A DNA stretch of 59,155 bases from Candidatus Omnitrophota bacterium (lineage in GTDB: Bacteria > Omnitrophota > Gorgyraeia > B26-G9). This document shows positions 32,043-43,249 of the stretch, piece after piece. The notes beneath the pieces were generated by a model. That model saw only the letters and a program-made list of their open reading frames with translations. It did no database searches and was not told the DNA's origin. Numbering within the stretch: position 1 is the first letter of the stretch; every line of letters starts with the position of its first letter. Position numbers and translations under genes: made by a program. The stretch spans positions 1-59,155 of the forward strand of contig JAHITY010000005.1 of assembly GCA_018817165.1 (NCBI GenBank), read 5' to 3'.

Positions 32043-32921
32043 ATGTCTTTAAAAATTTATTTAGATGGAAAGTTATTTAATAAAGAAAATGCGAAAATTT
32101 CTGTTTTTGATCATGGTTTATTATATGGTGATGGAGTTTTTGAAGGTATTCGTTCCTATGGCAGTTTAGTGTTCAAACTTAATGAACATGTTGACAGATT
32201 GTATGAAAGCGCTCATACAATTATGCTGCAAATTCCGATTAATAAAAAACAGATGATCAAAGCAATTATTGATACTTTAAAAGTAAATAAATTAAAAGAT
32301 GCTTATATCCGAGTGGTTGTAACCAGAGGCGTAGGGGATTTAGGGCTTGATCCGCGAAAATGCAAAACAGCCACGATAATTATTATTACGGATAATATTG
32401 TTTTGTATCCTAAAGAGCTTTATCAAAAAGGAATGGAGATCATTACAGTTCCTACTGTGCGCAATCTGGTTAATGCGATTGACCCGCAGGTTAAATCATT
32501 GAATTATTTAAATAATATCATGGCCAAGATCGAGGCAACTAATTCCGGATATCAGGAAGCGATAATGCTTAATTCAATGGGGCTTGTGGCTGAATGTACT
32601 GGTGATAATATATTTTTGATTAAAAATAAACAATTATATACCCCGCCGCAAAGTATGGGGACATTGCGGGGTATTACACGTGATGCGGTTATTGAAATTG
32701 CTAAAAAGTCTAAGATTAAAACCCATGAAAGTATGTTAACTCGGCATGAAGTTTTTAATGCTGATGAATTATTTTTAACCGGAACTGCCGCGGAAATTAT
32801 TCCAGTAGTAAAGGTTGATGGCCGCTTAATCGGAAATGGGAAGCCAGGAAAAATAACGTTGAGCTTATTAAATGGATTTAATAAAATAACCCGCAATGAT
32901 GGGGTTAAGTATAAAGTGTAA
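32043..32921 (+). CDS. ilvE: branched-chain amino acid aminotransferase (fold type IV)
   Basis: HGLLYGDGVFEGIR, RVVVTRG, LNYLNN, GITR, TGTAAEI. Confidence 0.87.
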   Translation: MSLKIYLDGKLFNKENAKISVFDHGLLYGDGVFEGIRSYGSLVFKLNEHVDRLYESAHTIMLQIPINKKQMIKAIIDTLKVNKLKDAYIRVVVTRGVGDLGLDPRKCKTATIIIITDNIVLYPKELYQKGMEIITVPTVRNLVNAIDPQVKSLNYLNNIMAKIEATNSGYQEAIMLNSMGLVAECTGDNIFLIKNKQLYTPPQSMGTLRGITRDAVIEIAKKSKIKTHESMLTRHEVFNADELFLTGTAAEIIPVVKVDGRLIGNGKPGKITLSLLNGFNKITRNDGVKYKV

Positions 32922-32922
32922 T

Positions 32923-32998
32923 AGCTGATAGCTTATAGCTGATGGTCAATAGTAAAAAAACTATAAGCCATTAGCCATCGACCATTAGCGATTTATCA
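32923..32998. repeat. inverted heptamer-word array after ilvE
   Basis: agctgat agcttat agctgat ggtcaat - A-rich loop - ataagcc attagcc atcgacc attagcg; an imperfect palindrome built of 7-nt words. Confidence 0.55.
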
Positions 32999-33008
32999 GG
33001 AGGTTTAT

Positions 33009-33506
33009 ATGAAATGTCAATTATGCGGAAAAGCAGCAACAGTACATTTAACGGAAATAATTAATGAGAAGATGAGTGAATTGCATCTTTGTGAAGATTG
33101 CGCAAAAGATAAAGGGATTGCTGGATTAGGTCAGCCTTTTGGCTTGCAAGATTTACTGGCCGGTCTGGTTGATTTTGGATCTACGGTTCCTGCTGATAAG
33201 AAAACCGCGCTGCAATGCTCAAATTGCAAAATGAGTTATGATGATTTTCGCAAAAGCGGCAGACTGGGCTGTAGTCAATGTTATGAAGTGTTTAAAGAAA
33301 GTTTAAGCCCTTTATTGAAAAAAGTCCATGGATCTTTGCAGCATATTGGCAAAGGCCCTTCAATTGATGGCGATGGATTTGATGCTAAAAAACAATTGCA
33401 GGAACTACATCTTAAATTACAGAACGCGATTCATGATGAAGCTTTTGAAGAAGCAGCCAGATTAAGAGATGAGATTAAAAAACTGGAAAAGGAGATTGAC
33501 GGATGA
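33009..33506 (+). CDS. mcsA: McsA-like protein (zinc-finger pairs plus UVR motif), activator of protein arginine kinase
   Basis: CQLCG...CEDC and CSNC...CSQC pairs, C-terminal UVR-type FEEAARLRDEIKKLE. Confidence 0.75.
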   Translation: MKCQLCGKAATVHLTEIINEKMSELHLCEDCAKDKGIAGLGQPFGLQDLLAGLVDFGSTVPADKKTALQCSNCKMSYDDFRKSGRLGCSQCYEVFKESLSPLLKKVHGSLQHIGKGPSIDGDGFDAKKQLQELHLKLQNAIHDEAFEEAARLRDEIKKLEKEIDG

Positions 33507-34552
33507 ATCTCGATGATTTATTAAAACAAACAAGCGGTTGGCTAAAAGGCACAGGTTCTCATTCGGAAATTATTTTTTCCAGCAGAGTACGCTTGGCTCG
33601 TAATCTAGAGAAGATCATTTTCTCAAATTTAGCCTCTAAAGCGCAGTTAATGCAGACATTGTCAATTGTTGAGCCAGCATTAAAAAGTCTGGAAGCAATA
33701 AAAAAAGATGGCTTATTTCTGAAGATGGAAGATATTTCGGAAGTAAACAGTCAATTATTAATTGAAAGACATTTAATCAGTAAGGAATTAATCAATGATA
33801 AAATCGGTCGGGCGGTTGCGATTAGTTCTGACGAAACTGTTTCAATTATGGTCAATGAGGAAGACCATTTGCGCTTGCAGGTGCTTAAACCGGGATTTTC
33901 TTTGGAAGATTGCTGGAAAGCAGCGGAAAAAATAGATTCTGCCTTGGAAAAAAAATTAAACTTTGCTTTTTCGGCAAAGTTGGGATATTTAACAGCTTGT
34001 CCGACAAATACCGGCACAGGAATGCGGGCGTCTGTAATGCTTCATCTTCCGGCTTTGGTTTTAACCAAGCAGATAAACCGGGTTATTCAGGCAATTGTTA
34101 AGCTGGGATTGACTGTGCGCGGGCTTTTTGGTGAAGGCACAGAAGCTACAGGCAATTTTTTTCAGATTTCCAATCAAGTTTCCTTGGGCAGAAGTGAAAT
34201 GGAAATAATTGATAATATAAAACGGATTATTAATCAGGTATTTGAGTATGAACAAAATGCTCGGCAGACTTTATCCACGAAAAATAAAAGTAAGCTGGAA
34301 GATCAGGTCTGGCGTTCTTATGGAATTTTAAAAAACGCTCGGATTATTACCAGCTCAGAAGCAATTGAGTTATTATCTAATGTGCGTTTAGGATTTGATC
34401 TGGGATTGCTTAAAGGTGCTAACCAGGAAACGATAAATGAATTATTTATTCTTACTCAGCCGGCACATTTGCAGAAACTAGAAGAAAAAACTCTTACCGC
34501 GAATAAACGTGATATTAAGCGAGCTGAATTAATTCGCCAGAAAATGAAATAA
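33503..34552 (+). CDS. mcsB: protein arginine kinase
   Basis: Phosphagen-kinase core SSRVRLARN, EEDHLR, LTACPTNTGTGMRASVMLHLP; ATGA overlap with mcsA. Confidence 0.85.
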   Translation: MNLDDLLKQTSGWLKGTGSHSEIIFSSRVRLARNLEKIIFSNLASKAQLMQTLSIVEPALKSLEAIKKDGLFLKMEDISEVNSQLLIERHLISKELINDKIGRAVAISSDETVSIMVNEEDHLRLQVLKPGFSLEDCWKAAEKIDSALEKKLNFAFSAKLGYLTACPTNTGTGMRASVMLHLPALVLTKQINRVIQAIVKLGLTVRGLFGEGTEATGNFFQISNQVSLGRSEMEIIDNIKRIINQVFEYEQNARQTLSTKNKSKLEDQVWRSYGILKNARIITSSEAIELLSNVRLGFDLGLLKGANQETINELFILTQPAHLQKLEEKTLTANKRDIKRAELIRQKMK

Positions 34553-34655
34553 GAAGTAATAAATAGAGAAATCAAAAACAGATAAGAATTAAAAAATAAA
34601 AGATATAATGGAATGGCTTGATTGAATAGCAGGCATATTGAAAAGGAGGCTATGA

Positions 34656-37097
34656 ATGTTTGATCGATTTACAGAGCGAGCGAGAAAAGTGATTCTTCTT
34701 GCCAAAGAAGAAGCAAAACGATTTAACCATGATTATATTGGTACTGAGCATATTTTGCTTGGTTTGATTAAAGAAGGCGAAGGGGTTGCTGCCGCGGTAT
34801 TACAAAATCTTGGGCTTAATCTGGATATGATTCGTTTGGAAGTGGAAAAACTTGTTCAGCCAGGTCCCAGTACTGTTACTTCCGGAGATATTCCGTTTAC
34901 GCCCAAAGCAAAAAAAGTAATTGAGCTGGCCATGGATGAAGCGAAAAGTTTAGGCCATAATTATATTGGCACAGAGCATTTATTGTTGGGTTTGATTCGG
35001 GAAAGCGAAGGAGTTGCTGCTCAGGTTCTAATGAATTTGGGCTTGGATTTAAATAAAGTGCGTAAAGAAATCATGGATTTGCTGGGTACAACATCAGTGA
35101 ATTATGATGGACAGCAGTCAAATCCTCAGGTTTCTAATGCCAAAGCGAAAACTCCAGCATTGGATGCTTTTGGCCGGGATTTAAACAAACTGGCCAAAGA
35201 CGGCAAGCTTGATCCGGTTATTGGCCGGGCAACTGAGATTGAAAGGGTTATCCGGATATTGAGCCGAAGAACAAAAAACAATCCAGTATTACTCGGAGAG
35301 GCAGGCGTTGGTAAAACCGCGATAGTTGAGGGTTTAGCTCAGCAGATCGTTGAAGGCAATGTTCCGGAAAGTTTGCGCAATAAGCGGGTAGTTGTTTTAG
35401 ATTTGGCTTTAATGGTTGCCGGTACAAAATACCGCGGTCAGTTTGAGGAACGGATCAAAGCAGTTATGGATGAAATTAAACGTTCGGAAAATGTAATGAT
35501 CTTTATTGATGAAATTCATACGCTAGTGGGGGCTGGCGGCGCGGAAGGCGCGATTGACGCCTCGAATATTTTAAAGCCAGCTTTAGCTCGTGGCGAGATC
35601 CAATGCATTGGCGCGACCACAATTAATGAATATAGAAAACATATTGAAAAAGATGCTGCCCTGGAAAGACGCTTTCAAACAATCATGGTTGAACCGCCGA
35701 CAGAGGCGCAGGCAATCGAGATCTTAAAAGGTTTGCGGGAAAGATATGAAATGCATCATCGAGTTAAGTACTCAGATGAGGCATTATCCGCGGCAGTTAA
35801 ATTATCTGAACGTTATATCAGTGGCAGATTTTTGCCGGACAAGGCAGTTGATATTATTGATGAAGCCGGAGCCAGAGCTCGTTTGCTGGTAATGACCGCG
35901 CCGCCGGATTTAAAAGATATGGAAAATAAAATTGAAGATTTAAGACAAAAAAAAGAATCTTCTGTTAAGAATCAGGATTTTGAAAAAGCCGCTTCTTATC
36001 GCGATCAGGAAAAAGAATCTCGCGCGGAATTAGATAAAATCCGCAGAAATTGGAATGAAAGCCGTATGGAAATGAACATTGAGGTCAAAGAAGAAGGTAT
36101 CGCCGAGATTATTTCTCAATGGACCGGAGTCCCTGTTGCCCGTTTAGAGGAAAAAGAAGGCGAAAAACTGCTTAAAATGGCAGATGAACTGCATAAAACC
36201 GTCATTGGGCAGGACGAAGCCATAACCGCGATTACCCACGCGGTCAGACGCTCTCGTGCTGGATTAAAAGATCCGAAACGGCCGATCGGTTCATTTGTTT
36301 TTCTCGGCCCTACCGGAGTGGGAAAAACCCTGCTGGGTAAAGCCTTGGCGGATTTTCTATTTGGTGATGCTGATTCGATTATTCAAATTGATATGTCTGA
36401 GTACATGGAAAAATTTAATGTCTCAAGACTTGTCGGAGCGCCTCCAGGCTATGTAGGCTATGAAGAAGGCGGACAGCTGACAGAAAAGGTTAGAAGAAAA
36501 CCGTATTCAGTTATTCTTTTAGACGAAATTGAAAAAGCGCATCCTGATGTTTTTAATCTTCTTCTTCAGGTTTTAGAAGAAGGCAGATTAACTGATAGCT
36601 TTGGTCGAAAAGTTGATTTTCGCAATACGGTTTTAATTATGACTAGTAATATCGGCGCTGATTTAATGCGCAAGCAAGGGTCAATCGGCTTTACTGCTCA
36701 GGAGGCAGAAGTTACTTATAATTCGATGAAAACTAAATTAATGGAAGAAGTTAAAAAAGCATTTAAACCAGAATTTATTAATCGAGTTGATGATTTGATT
36801 GTGTTCAGACCTTTGACTAAAGAAGACCTGTATAAAATTATTGAAATTGAAATAACCGAGGTTACCAGCCGCTTAAGTGATCAGGAGGTTACAATCGTTT
36901 TAGATAAAACCGCTAAAGATTTACTGATTGCCAAAGGTTTTGACAGCGCTTTCGGTGCTAGACCTTTAAAAAGAACGATTCAGAAATTTCTGGAAAATCC
37001 TTTAGCTGAAGAAATCTTAGCTGGTAAAGTCGATAGGAAAAAGCCGATAAACATCAGCGCGGATCTGGAAAAAGACGCATTATCGTTTATCAGCTGA
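34656..37097 (+). CDS. clpC: ATP-dependent Clp protease ATP-binding subunit ClpC
   Basis: Duplicated Clp-N repeat, two Walker A sites ([17 protein letters not shown]), internal UVR motif, 813 aa. Confidence 0.92.
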   Translation: MFDRFTERARKVILLAKEEAKRFNHDYIGTEHILLGLIKEGEGVAAAVLQNLGLNLDMIRLEVEKLVQPGPSTVTSGDIPFTPKAKKVIELAMDEAKSLGHNYIGTEHLLLGLIRESEGVAAQVLMNLGLDLNKVRKEIMDLLGTTSVNYDGQQSNPQVSNAKAKTPALDAFGRDLNKLAKDGKLDPVIGRATEIERVIRILSRRTKNNPVLLGEAGVGKTAIVEGLAQQIVEGNVPESLRNKRVVVLDLALMVAGTKYRGQFEERIKAVMDEIKRSENVMIFIDEIHTLVGAGGAEGAIDASNILKPALARGEIQCIGATTINEYRKHIEKDAALERRFQTIMVEPPTEAQAIEILKGLRERYEMHHRVKYSDEALSAAVKLSERYISGRFLPDKAVDIIDEAGARARLLVMTAPPDLKDMENKIEDLRQKKESSVKNQDFEKAASYRDQEKESRAELDKIRRNWNESRMEMNIEVKEEGIAEIISQWTGVPVARLEEKEGEKLLKMADELHKTVIGQDEAITAITHAVRRSRAGLKDPKRPIGSFVFLGPTGVGKTLLGKALADFLFGDADSIIQIDMSEYMEKFNVSRLVGAPPGYVGYEEGGQLTEKVRRKPYSVILLDEIEKAHPDVFNLLLQVLEEGRLTDSFGRKVDFRNTVLIMTSNIGADLMRKQGSIGFTAQEAEVTYNSMKTKLMEEVKKAFKPEFINRVDDLIVFRPLTKEDLYKIIEIEITEVTSRLSDQEVTIVLDKTAKDLLIAKGFDSAFGARPLKRTIQKFLENPLAEEILAGKVDRKKPINISADLEKDALSFIS

Positions 37098-37163
37098 GAT
37101 TAAAGTCGGTAAATAATCTAGGCTGTTAAATATCAGAAGTTGATTATAAATATAGGGGTATGC

Positions 37164-37946
37164 ATGAGCGCATATTTAGGGGTATTAAAAAAAAGGCTGA
37201 GCATTAGTTTTGAATATGTCGGAGGCCTGACAATCCTATTGTTTCGGACAATTGGTTGGGTATTTGCGCCGCCGCATAAACGCTTTCAACTGTTTGACCA
37301 GATGAAAAAAAATGGAGTAGACAGTCTGGCGATTGTTACTTTGACGGCTTTTTTTGCCGGAATAGTGCTAGCTTTGCAATCTGCTTATACCATGCGTCAG
37401 ATGTCAGCGGAAATTTATATTGCAAGTCTTGTAAGTTTATCGATGACCAGAGAACTGGGGCCGGTATTTACCGCTTTGGTAGTTGCTGCCAGGGTGGGAG
37501 CATCAATAACCGCGGAAGTCGGGACAATGAAGGTTACCGAGCAGATTGATGCTTTGGAAACATTGGCAACAAATCCGATTAAATATTTAGTTGTGCCGCG
37601 ATTTTTGTCGCTGTGTATTATGCTGCCGCTGTTAACGATTATTGCTGATGCTGTGGGGATTTTGGGCGGATACATTATCGGTGTTGCTAATCTGCATATA
37701 TCACATCATTTATATCTTAAAAAGACTTTTGACGCTTTAGTGTATAAAGATGTGTTTACTGGCTTGATCAAAGCATTGGCTTTTGCCGCGGTTATTTCGA
37801 TTGTTGCCTGTTATGAGGGGATGCGGACAAAAGGCGGGGCAGAAGGCGTGGGCAAAGCAACAACTTCATCAGTGGTTATTTCCTGTATTTTAGTTATTGC
37901 TTTGGATTGTTTTTTTACCGCTTTGTTTTATTTTGTTTGGCGCTAA
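37164..37946 (+). CDS. mlaE: phospholipid ABC transporter permease MlaE
   Basis: MlaE-type polytopic protein (RELGPVFTALVVAARVGASITAEVGTMKVTEQIDAL). Confidence 0.85.
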   Translation: MSAYLGVLKKRLSISFEYVGGLTILLFRTIGWVFAPPHKRFQLFDQMKKNGVDSLAIVTLTAFFAGIVLALQSAYTMRQMSAEIYIASLVSLSMTRELGPVFTALVVAARVGASITAEVGTMKVTEQIDALETLATNPIKYLVVPRFLSLCIMLPLLTIIADAVGILGGYIIGVANLHISHHLYLKKTFDALVYKDVFTGLIKALAFAAVISIVACYEGMRTKGGAEGVGKATTSSVVISCILVIALDCFFTALFYFVWR

Positions 37947-37976
37947 TGAACCTGAGTTTTTAAAATAGGATTTTTA

Positions 37977-38765
37977 ATGATAAAAATTTCTAAGCTGTGC
38001 AAAAAATTTGAAGGCCAGGAAGTGCTTAAGGGGCTGGATTTAGAAATAAATCAAGGCGAGACTTTGGTAATCATCGGCCGCTCTGGATGTGGGAAAAGTG
38101 TATTGCTTAAACACATTATTGGGATTTTAGATCCTGACTCTGGACAGGTGTATGTTGATAATCAGCATGTCGCGGCTTTAAAAGGCAAGGATCTGGTTAA
38201 ATTGCGGATGAAATTCGGCATGCTTTTTCAAGCAGCGGCTTTATTTGATTCGCTGAATGTTTTTGAAAATGTGGGTTTTGCTTTGCTTGAGCATACAGAT
38301 TTATCTCGAGAGGAAATTCATCAAAGAGTCAAACAAGCTTTGCTTAGCGTTGATTTGCCGGATATTGAAAAGAAAAAACCCGCGGAGCTTAGCGGCGGGA
38401 TGAAAAAACGTGTGGGCCTGGCCCGGGCAATATGCAATAAGCCGGAAATAATACTTTATGATGAGCCGACAACCGGTCTTGATCCGATAATGGCGGATAT
38501 GATCAATGATTTAATAATTCGCTTAAAAGAAAAATTAAAAGTCACTTCAATTGTCGTGACCCATGATATGGTCTCAGCGTATAAGGTTGCTACGAGAATT
38601 GCCATGCTTTATGATGGTAAGATTATTGCTCAGGGTACGCCGGAAGAAATAAAAAATACGACTGATCCGTTTGTCCGGCAGTTTATAACCGGAGCAGCCC
38701 AAGGGCCAATAACTGATCGTCGAGAACAGATGGCAGAGGATATAAAAATAACAGGTAAAGGTTAA
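37977..38765 (+). CDS. mlaF: phospholipid ABC transporter ATP-binding protein MlaF
   Basis: Walker A GRSGCGKS, signature LSGGMKKR, Walker B ILYDEPTTGLDP. Confidence 0.87.
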   Translation: MIKISKLCKKFEGQEVLKGLDLEINQGETLVIIGRSGCGKSVLLKHIIGILDPDSGQVYVDNQHVAALKGKDLVKLRMKFGMLFQAAALFDSLNVFENVGFALLEHTDLSREEIHQRVKQALLSVDLPDIEKKKPAELSGGMKKRVGLARAICNKPEIILYDEPTTGLDPIMADMINDLIIRLKEKLKVTSIVVTHDMVSAYKVATRIAMLYDGKIIAQGTPEEIKNTTDPFVRQFITGAAQGPITDRREQMAEDIKITGKG

Positions 38766-38877
38766 CGGTGACGAAGCCCGTATCGGTAAGGTTTAAAGGT
38801 TTGGGCTTTAAAAATAAATTTCAATACGATAGCCGTTACCGTAAGACGAAACGGGCATCGTAACCTTAACCATAATC
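38754..38877. repeat. ~125-nt palindromic intergenic element, copy 1 (its left end supplies the last mlaF codons and stop)
   Basis: ggtaaaggttaacggtgacgaagcccgtatcgg ... AT-rich centre ... ccgttaccgtaagacgaaacgggcatcgtaacc; aligns base for base with the copies at 43065 and 47268. Confidence 0.85.
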
Positions 38878-38931
38878 TTTGTATTTATAATAAAAGCTTA
38901 TTTTGAGGTTTAAGTAAACGGGGGATAAAAA

Positions 38932-39735
38932 ATGAAAGCGCTTAGTCTTGAGTTTAAAGTTGGGGTTTTTGTGTTTGTGTCTGTTGTATTGCTTTCGATG
39001 ATTGTTTTTCAAATCGGCGGAGTCAATATTTTAGGCGCTAATATGTATAAATTAAACGTTGTCTTTGATTTTGTCGGAGGCGTTTCCAATGATGCTCCGG
39101 TGCATGTTGCCGGAGTTGCTGTGGGGGATGTAAAAGACGTAAAGATTTCTTATGATACAGTGAAAAAAAAGACCCAAGTAACACTAGTGCTGCTGATTAA
39201 TAAAAATGTTAAAATCCCCATAGACTCGACTGCTTATATTAATACCTTGGGCATTTTAGGGGAAAAATACGTGGAAATCGTTCCCGGTGAATCAAGAGAT
39301 ACGTTTTTGGAAGAAGGCGATTCTTTGAAAGGTAATAATCCGGTTCAGATGGAAAAACTTACCGAATCATTGGTTGATATAGTTGGTGATCAAACAGTGC
39401 GCGATTCTTTAAAAGAAAGTTTCTATAATCTAAGAGTTGCTACTGATAATCTGCGCCAGGCTAGTGAGCTTTTAAATGATACAATATCAGAAGTGAAAAA
39501 CGGCAAAGGCACGATCGGTAAATTATTAACTGATGATTCGATTTATAATCAAACTGAAGCAATGGTCGTGAATTTAAATACTAAACTGGATAAAACAATT
39601 ACAGATTTAAATGTTTCTTTAACCGATTTAGTCAGTGATTTAAAAACTCATCCTTGGAAATTATTTCAGAAGCCTAAGCCGGATAAGAAAACAAAAACAA
39701 GAAAAACGGATAATTCTAATTATAACTTTAATTAA
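38932..39735 (+). CDS. mlaD: MCE-domain phospholipid-binding protein MlaD
   Basis: N-terminal TM anchor followed by an MCE domain (VHVAGVAVGDVKDV..., LGILGEKYVEI). Confidence 0.75.
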   Translation: MKALSLEFKVGVFVFVSVVLLSMIVFQIGGVNILGANMYKLNVVFDFVGGVSNDAPVHVAGVAVGDVKDVKISYDTVKKKTQVTLVLLINKNVKIPIDSTAYINTLGILGEKYVEIVPGESRDTFLEEGDSLKGNNPVQMEKLTESLVDIVGDQTVRDSLKESFYNLRVATDNLRQASELLNDTISEVKNGKGTIGKLLTDDSIYNQTEAMVVNLNTKLDKTITDLNVSLTDLVSDLKTHPWKLFQKPKPDKKTKTRKTDNSNYNFN

Positions 39736-39737
39736 AT

Positions 39738-41114
39738 ATGAAAACAAAGACAAAAACAGCTTTTATCTGTCAGGAATGCGGTCATAATTCAGCCAAATGG
39801 ATTGGCCGTTGCCCGGAATGCAGCAGCTGGAATTCTTTGGTTGAAGAATTTAGCGGGGAAAAGAAACCCAGAACCAGGGGTTTTTCGTTGGATACTTTTT
39901 CTAAGCCGGAAAAATTAGCGGATGTTAAGCTGGAAAATAAATTAAGGATCCAAACTGATATTGCTGAGTTTGATCATGTCTTGGGCGGCGGAGTGGTAAT
40001 TGGTTCAGTGGTTTTGATCGGCGGCGCGCCGGGTATTGGTAAATCAACTCTACTTTTACAGGTTTGCGGGGCTTTAAATAAAAAAGGTAAAAGAATATTA
40101 TACATCAGCGCCGAAGAATCCGCACAGCAGACAAAGCTGCGCGCCGAGCGTTTGGGCAATATTGGCGATGATTTATACATTGTTTGTGAAACAAATTTAG
40201 ATGTGATTTTTGAACATATAAAAAAAATCGCGCCGGATATTATTGTAGCTGATTCAATTCAGGTCTTATATTTAGATGATATATCCAGTGCCTCAGGCAG
40301 TGTTTCTCAAGTAAGGGAATGCGCGGCAAGGCTGACAATCCTGGCGAAAAATTCCGGGATAGCTGTATTTTTGGTTGGCCATGTTACCAAAGAAGGTTCT
40401 TTGGCGGGACCTCGGGTCTTAGAGCATTTGGTTGACAGTGTATTGTATTTTGAAGGAGAAAGTCATACTGATTTTCGGATCCTAAGAGCAGTAAAAAATA
40501 GGTTTGGCCCCACTAATGAAATTGGAATCTTTGAAATGACTTCCTTAGGTTTAAAGGAAGTGCTTAATCCTTCTTCCATGTTTTTAACCGAGCGTTCGCA
40601 GGAAGTATCGGGATCAGCGGTGGTAGCGACCATGGAAGGCACACGGCCTCTACTTGTCGAGATTCAGGCATTGGTCAGTCCGACTAGTTTTGGTCTGCCT
40701 CGGCGGAGAACTACGGGTATTGATTTTAATCGCGCGGCATTACTGGTTGCGGTTTTGGAAAAACGCGGACATTATGCCCTGGCAAATCAGGATATTTTTC
40801 TTAATGTTGCCGGCGGCGTGAAAATCGTGGAACCAGCAGCTGATCTGGCGGCAATTGTCGCGGTGGCTTCGGGGTTTAGAGAAAAACCGATTTCCGCGGG
40901 TGATGTAATTTTTGGCGAAGTTGGCTTGGGCGGTGAGATCAGGGCGGTTTCTAATCCGGAATTGCGGATCAAAGAAGCAAAGAAACTAGGATTTAAAAGA
41001 GTTATTCTGCCGCAGAGTAATTTAAAAAATTTAAGTTTAAATAATAAAAAAAATGAAATAGAATTGATCGGTGTCTCTTCGGTAAAAGAAGCTTTGGATA
41101 TTATTTTTAGTTAA
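39738..41114 (+). CDS. radA: DNA repair protein RadA
   Basis: Zinc finger CQECGHNSAKWIGRCPEC, Walker A GGAPGIGKST, KNRFG motif, Lon-like C-terminal domain. Confidence 0.92.
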   Translation: MKTKTKTAFICQECGHNSAKWIGRCPECSSWNSLVEEFSGEKKPRTRGFSLDTFSKPEKLADVKLENKLRIQTDIAEFDHVLGGGVVIGSVVLIGGAPGIGKSTLLLQVCGALNKKGKRILYISAEESAQQTKLRAERLGNIGDDLYIVCETNLDVIFEHIKKIAPDIIVADSIQVLYLDDISSASGSVSQVRECAARLTILAKNSGIAVFLVGHVTKEGSLAGPRVLEHLVDSVLYFEGESHTDFRILRAVKNRFGPTNEIGIFEMTSLGLKEVLNPSSMFLTERSQEVSGSAVVATMEGTRPLLVEIQALVSPTSFGLPRRRTTGIDFNRAALLVAVLEKRGHYALANQDIFLNVAGGVKIVEPAADLAAIVAVASGFREKPISAGDVIFGEVGLGGEIRAVSNPELRIKEAKKLGFKRVILPQSNLKNLSLNNKKNEIELIGVSSVKEALDIIFS

Positions 41115-41277
41115 GCGTTTAGCAAGAAATAGATTTTAAATTAAAAATATTTTTAATCCGATTAATAAAGCAAATTTGGTTTATTGATCAATGACTAAAA
41201 CTTAGGGCAGATTGCTCTAGAAAATTATTTACGTTTTTAAAAATGTAAATAAATCGGAAAGAAAGACGGAGGCAGAT

Positions 41278-42300
41278 ATGACTATATTTTTTGTGCGCGC
41301 GATTTTTTGTCTTATAAGTATGCTGATTGGCCATCAGATTGGTTCTTTATTGGGAGGAGCTGATTCTAATACCGCGATGGTTGGCTTAGGCGTTGGCTTT
41401 ACTGTGAGTTTTATTATTATTATAGTGGAGCGCGGCTTAAGAAGAATTTCTGTACGGGGATTGTCCAGCGCGGTTTTTGGCTTGATTTTTGGTCTTTTGG
41501 CAGCAAAGTTGTTATCAGAAGCAGTGATGCTCTTACCGGTTGATGAAGCAACAGCCAGAACGACCCGGGTTGTGTTCACTTTAATTTTATGCTATCTCGG
41601 AATGATTGTCGCGATCCGCGGCCGTGATGAATTCAATTTAATTATTCCTTATGTAAAATTTACTCGGCATGATCAGGTTCAGCAGAATATTTTACTTGAT
41701 ACCAGCGTAATTATTGATGGTCGGATTATTGATTTATGTCAAACAAAATTTATTGAAGGCAGATTAGTTATTCCGCGATTTGTTTTAAAAGAGCTGCAGC
41801 AGATTGCGGATTCTTCAGACGCGCTTAAAAGAAATCGCGGCCGCCGCGGCTTGGATATATTAAATAAAATTCAGAAGCTTGACCGGATCGTGGTTAAAAT
41901 TCATGATGAAGATTTTCCCGAGATTACGGATGTTGATGCCAAGTTGGTGAAAATGGCTAAAGTTTTGGATGGAAAAATATTTACTAATGATTTTAATTTA
42001 AACAAGGTAGCGGAACTTGAAGGCGTAATTGTTCTGAATATAAATGATTTATCGAATGCTCTAAAGGCAATTGTTTTGCCTGGAGAATTAATGGAAGTTA
42101 AAATTGTTAAGGAAGGTAAAGAATTTAATCAGGGTGTTGCTTATCTTGATGATGGGACAATGGTTGTTGTCGAAGAAGCGAGAAAACTTCTGGGCCATAC
42201 TTTGAATGTCGCGGTTACCAGTGTTTTGCAGACATCAGCGGGCAGAATGATTTTTGGTAAAATTGAGGGCAGCAATCCCCAAATCAATAAGAATGTTTAA
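41278..42300 (+). CDS. membrane-anchored PIN/TRAM domain protein (YacL-like)
   Basis: Four N-terminal TM helices, a PIN domain (LLDTSVIIDGRI ... TNDFNLNKVA) and a C-terminal TRAM-like beta domain. Confidence 0.75.
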   Translation: MTIFFVRAIFCLISMLIGHQIGSLLGGADSNTAMVGLGVGFTVSFIIIIVERGLRRISVRGLSSAVFGLIFGLLAAKLLSEAVMLLPVDEATARTTRVVFTLILCYLGMIVAIRGRDEFNLIIPYVKFTRHDQVQQNILLDTSVIIDGRIIDLCQTKFIEGRLVIPRFVLKELQQIADSSDALKRNRGRRGLDILNKIQKLDRIVVKIHDEDFPEITDVDAKLVKMAKVLDGKIFTNDFNLNKVAELEGVIVLNINDLSNALKAIVLPGELMEVKIVKEGKEFNQGVAYLDDGTMVVVEEARKLLGHTLNVAVTSVLQTSAGRMIFGKIEGSNPQINKNV

Positions 42301-42311
42301 AGGTAGCTTAA

Positions 42312-43016
42312 ATGCTTAAAATCGCAGTCATAATTCCGGCAGCAGGAACTGGTCAGCGTTTAGGTTATAAAACCGGAAAACCTTATATTAAGCTGAATAA
42401 TAAAGCTTTAGTATCCTATTGTTTGGAAATGTTTGAAAAAACTCCGGCAATAACCGATATTATTATCGCGGTTGAAAAAGCACAATTAAAAAAAGCAAAC
42501 AATCTGGTTAAGCTTTTGGGATTATCAAAATTAAAAGCAGTTGTCTGCGGGGGAGTGACCCGCAGTGAATCTGTGTATAATGCGCTTAAATTCTTAGCTA
42601 AAGATACTGATTATGTGCTTATTCATGATGCGGCACGTCCGTTTGTTAATCAGGATTTGATCAATAGCTGTATTACGGCAGCAGTAAAATATAAAGCAGT
42701 TATTTGCGCGGTGCCTTGTATGGCTACGATCAAGAGCGTTGATAAAAACCGGAATGTGATCAGCACTTTAGATCGGAACAGTTTATGGCAGGTTCAGACA
42801 CCGCAGGCTTTTAGTTATAAACTGATTATGCTGGCTTATGCCAAAGCGGAAAAGAAAAAGCTGGCTTTTTTTGATGATGCATCGCTGGTGGAAAAAATCC
42901 CACATAAAGTAAAAATTGTTATGGGTTTTAATAATAATATCAAGATCACGACGAAAGAAGATTTGGAGCTGGCAAATGCAATATTAAAAGCAGGGAAGCG
43001 CTTTGCGCTTAGCTGA
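42312..43016 (+). CDS. ispD: 2-C-methyl-D-erythritol 4-phosphate cytidylyltransferase
   Basis: IIPAAGTGQRLG, VLIHDAARPF, QTPQAF. Confidence 0.87.
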   Translation: MLKIAVIIPAAGTGQRLGYKTGKPYIKLNNKALVSYCLEMFEKTPAITDIIIAVEKAQLKKANNLVKLLGLSKLKAVVCGGVTRSESVYNALKFLAKDTDYVLIHDAARPFVNQDLINSCITAAVKYKAVICAVPCMATIKSVDKNRNVISTLDRNSLWQVQTPQAFSYKLIMLAYAKAEKKKLAFFDDASLVEKIPHKVKIVMGFNNNIKITTKEDLELANAILKAGKRFALS

Positions 43017-43045
43017 TGGCTGATAGCTTATGGCTCATAGTAACA
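43011..43045. repeat. heptamer-word array overlapping the ispD stop codon
   Basis: agctgat ggctgat agcttat ggctcat agtaaca; the same word family as at 32923. Confidence 0.5.
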
Positions 43046-43064
43046 GCTGGGATATGTTGACATT

Positions 43065-43190
43065 CGGTAAGGTTTAACGGTAACGAAGCCCGTATCGGCA
43101 ACGTTTAGCGGTTTAGGATTAAAATAAAAAATTTAAAGACGACAGCCGTTACCGTAAGACGAAACGGGCATCGTAACCCTGACCGTAACC
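43065..43190. repeat. ~125-nt palindromic intergenic element, copy 2 (between ispD and ispF)
   Basis: cggtaaggtttaacggtaacgaagcccgtatcggcaacg ... ccgttaccgtaagacgaaacgggcatcgtaaccctgaccgtaacc. Confidence 0.85.
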
Positions 43191-43249
43191 TTTTTATTTA
43201 GCTGTTAGTTTTTTTACGCGATACGCGATACTATTAAATAGGAAAATAT

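Noticed and set aside
32944-32960. ggtcaat upstream of mcsA as a possible CtsR operator
   Set aside because: Only a single imperfect half-site is present, the tandem GGTCAAA-nnn-GGTCAAA repeat is absent, and no ctsR gene is in the window.
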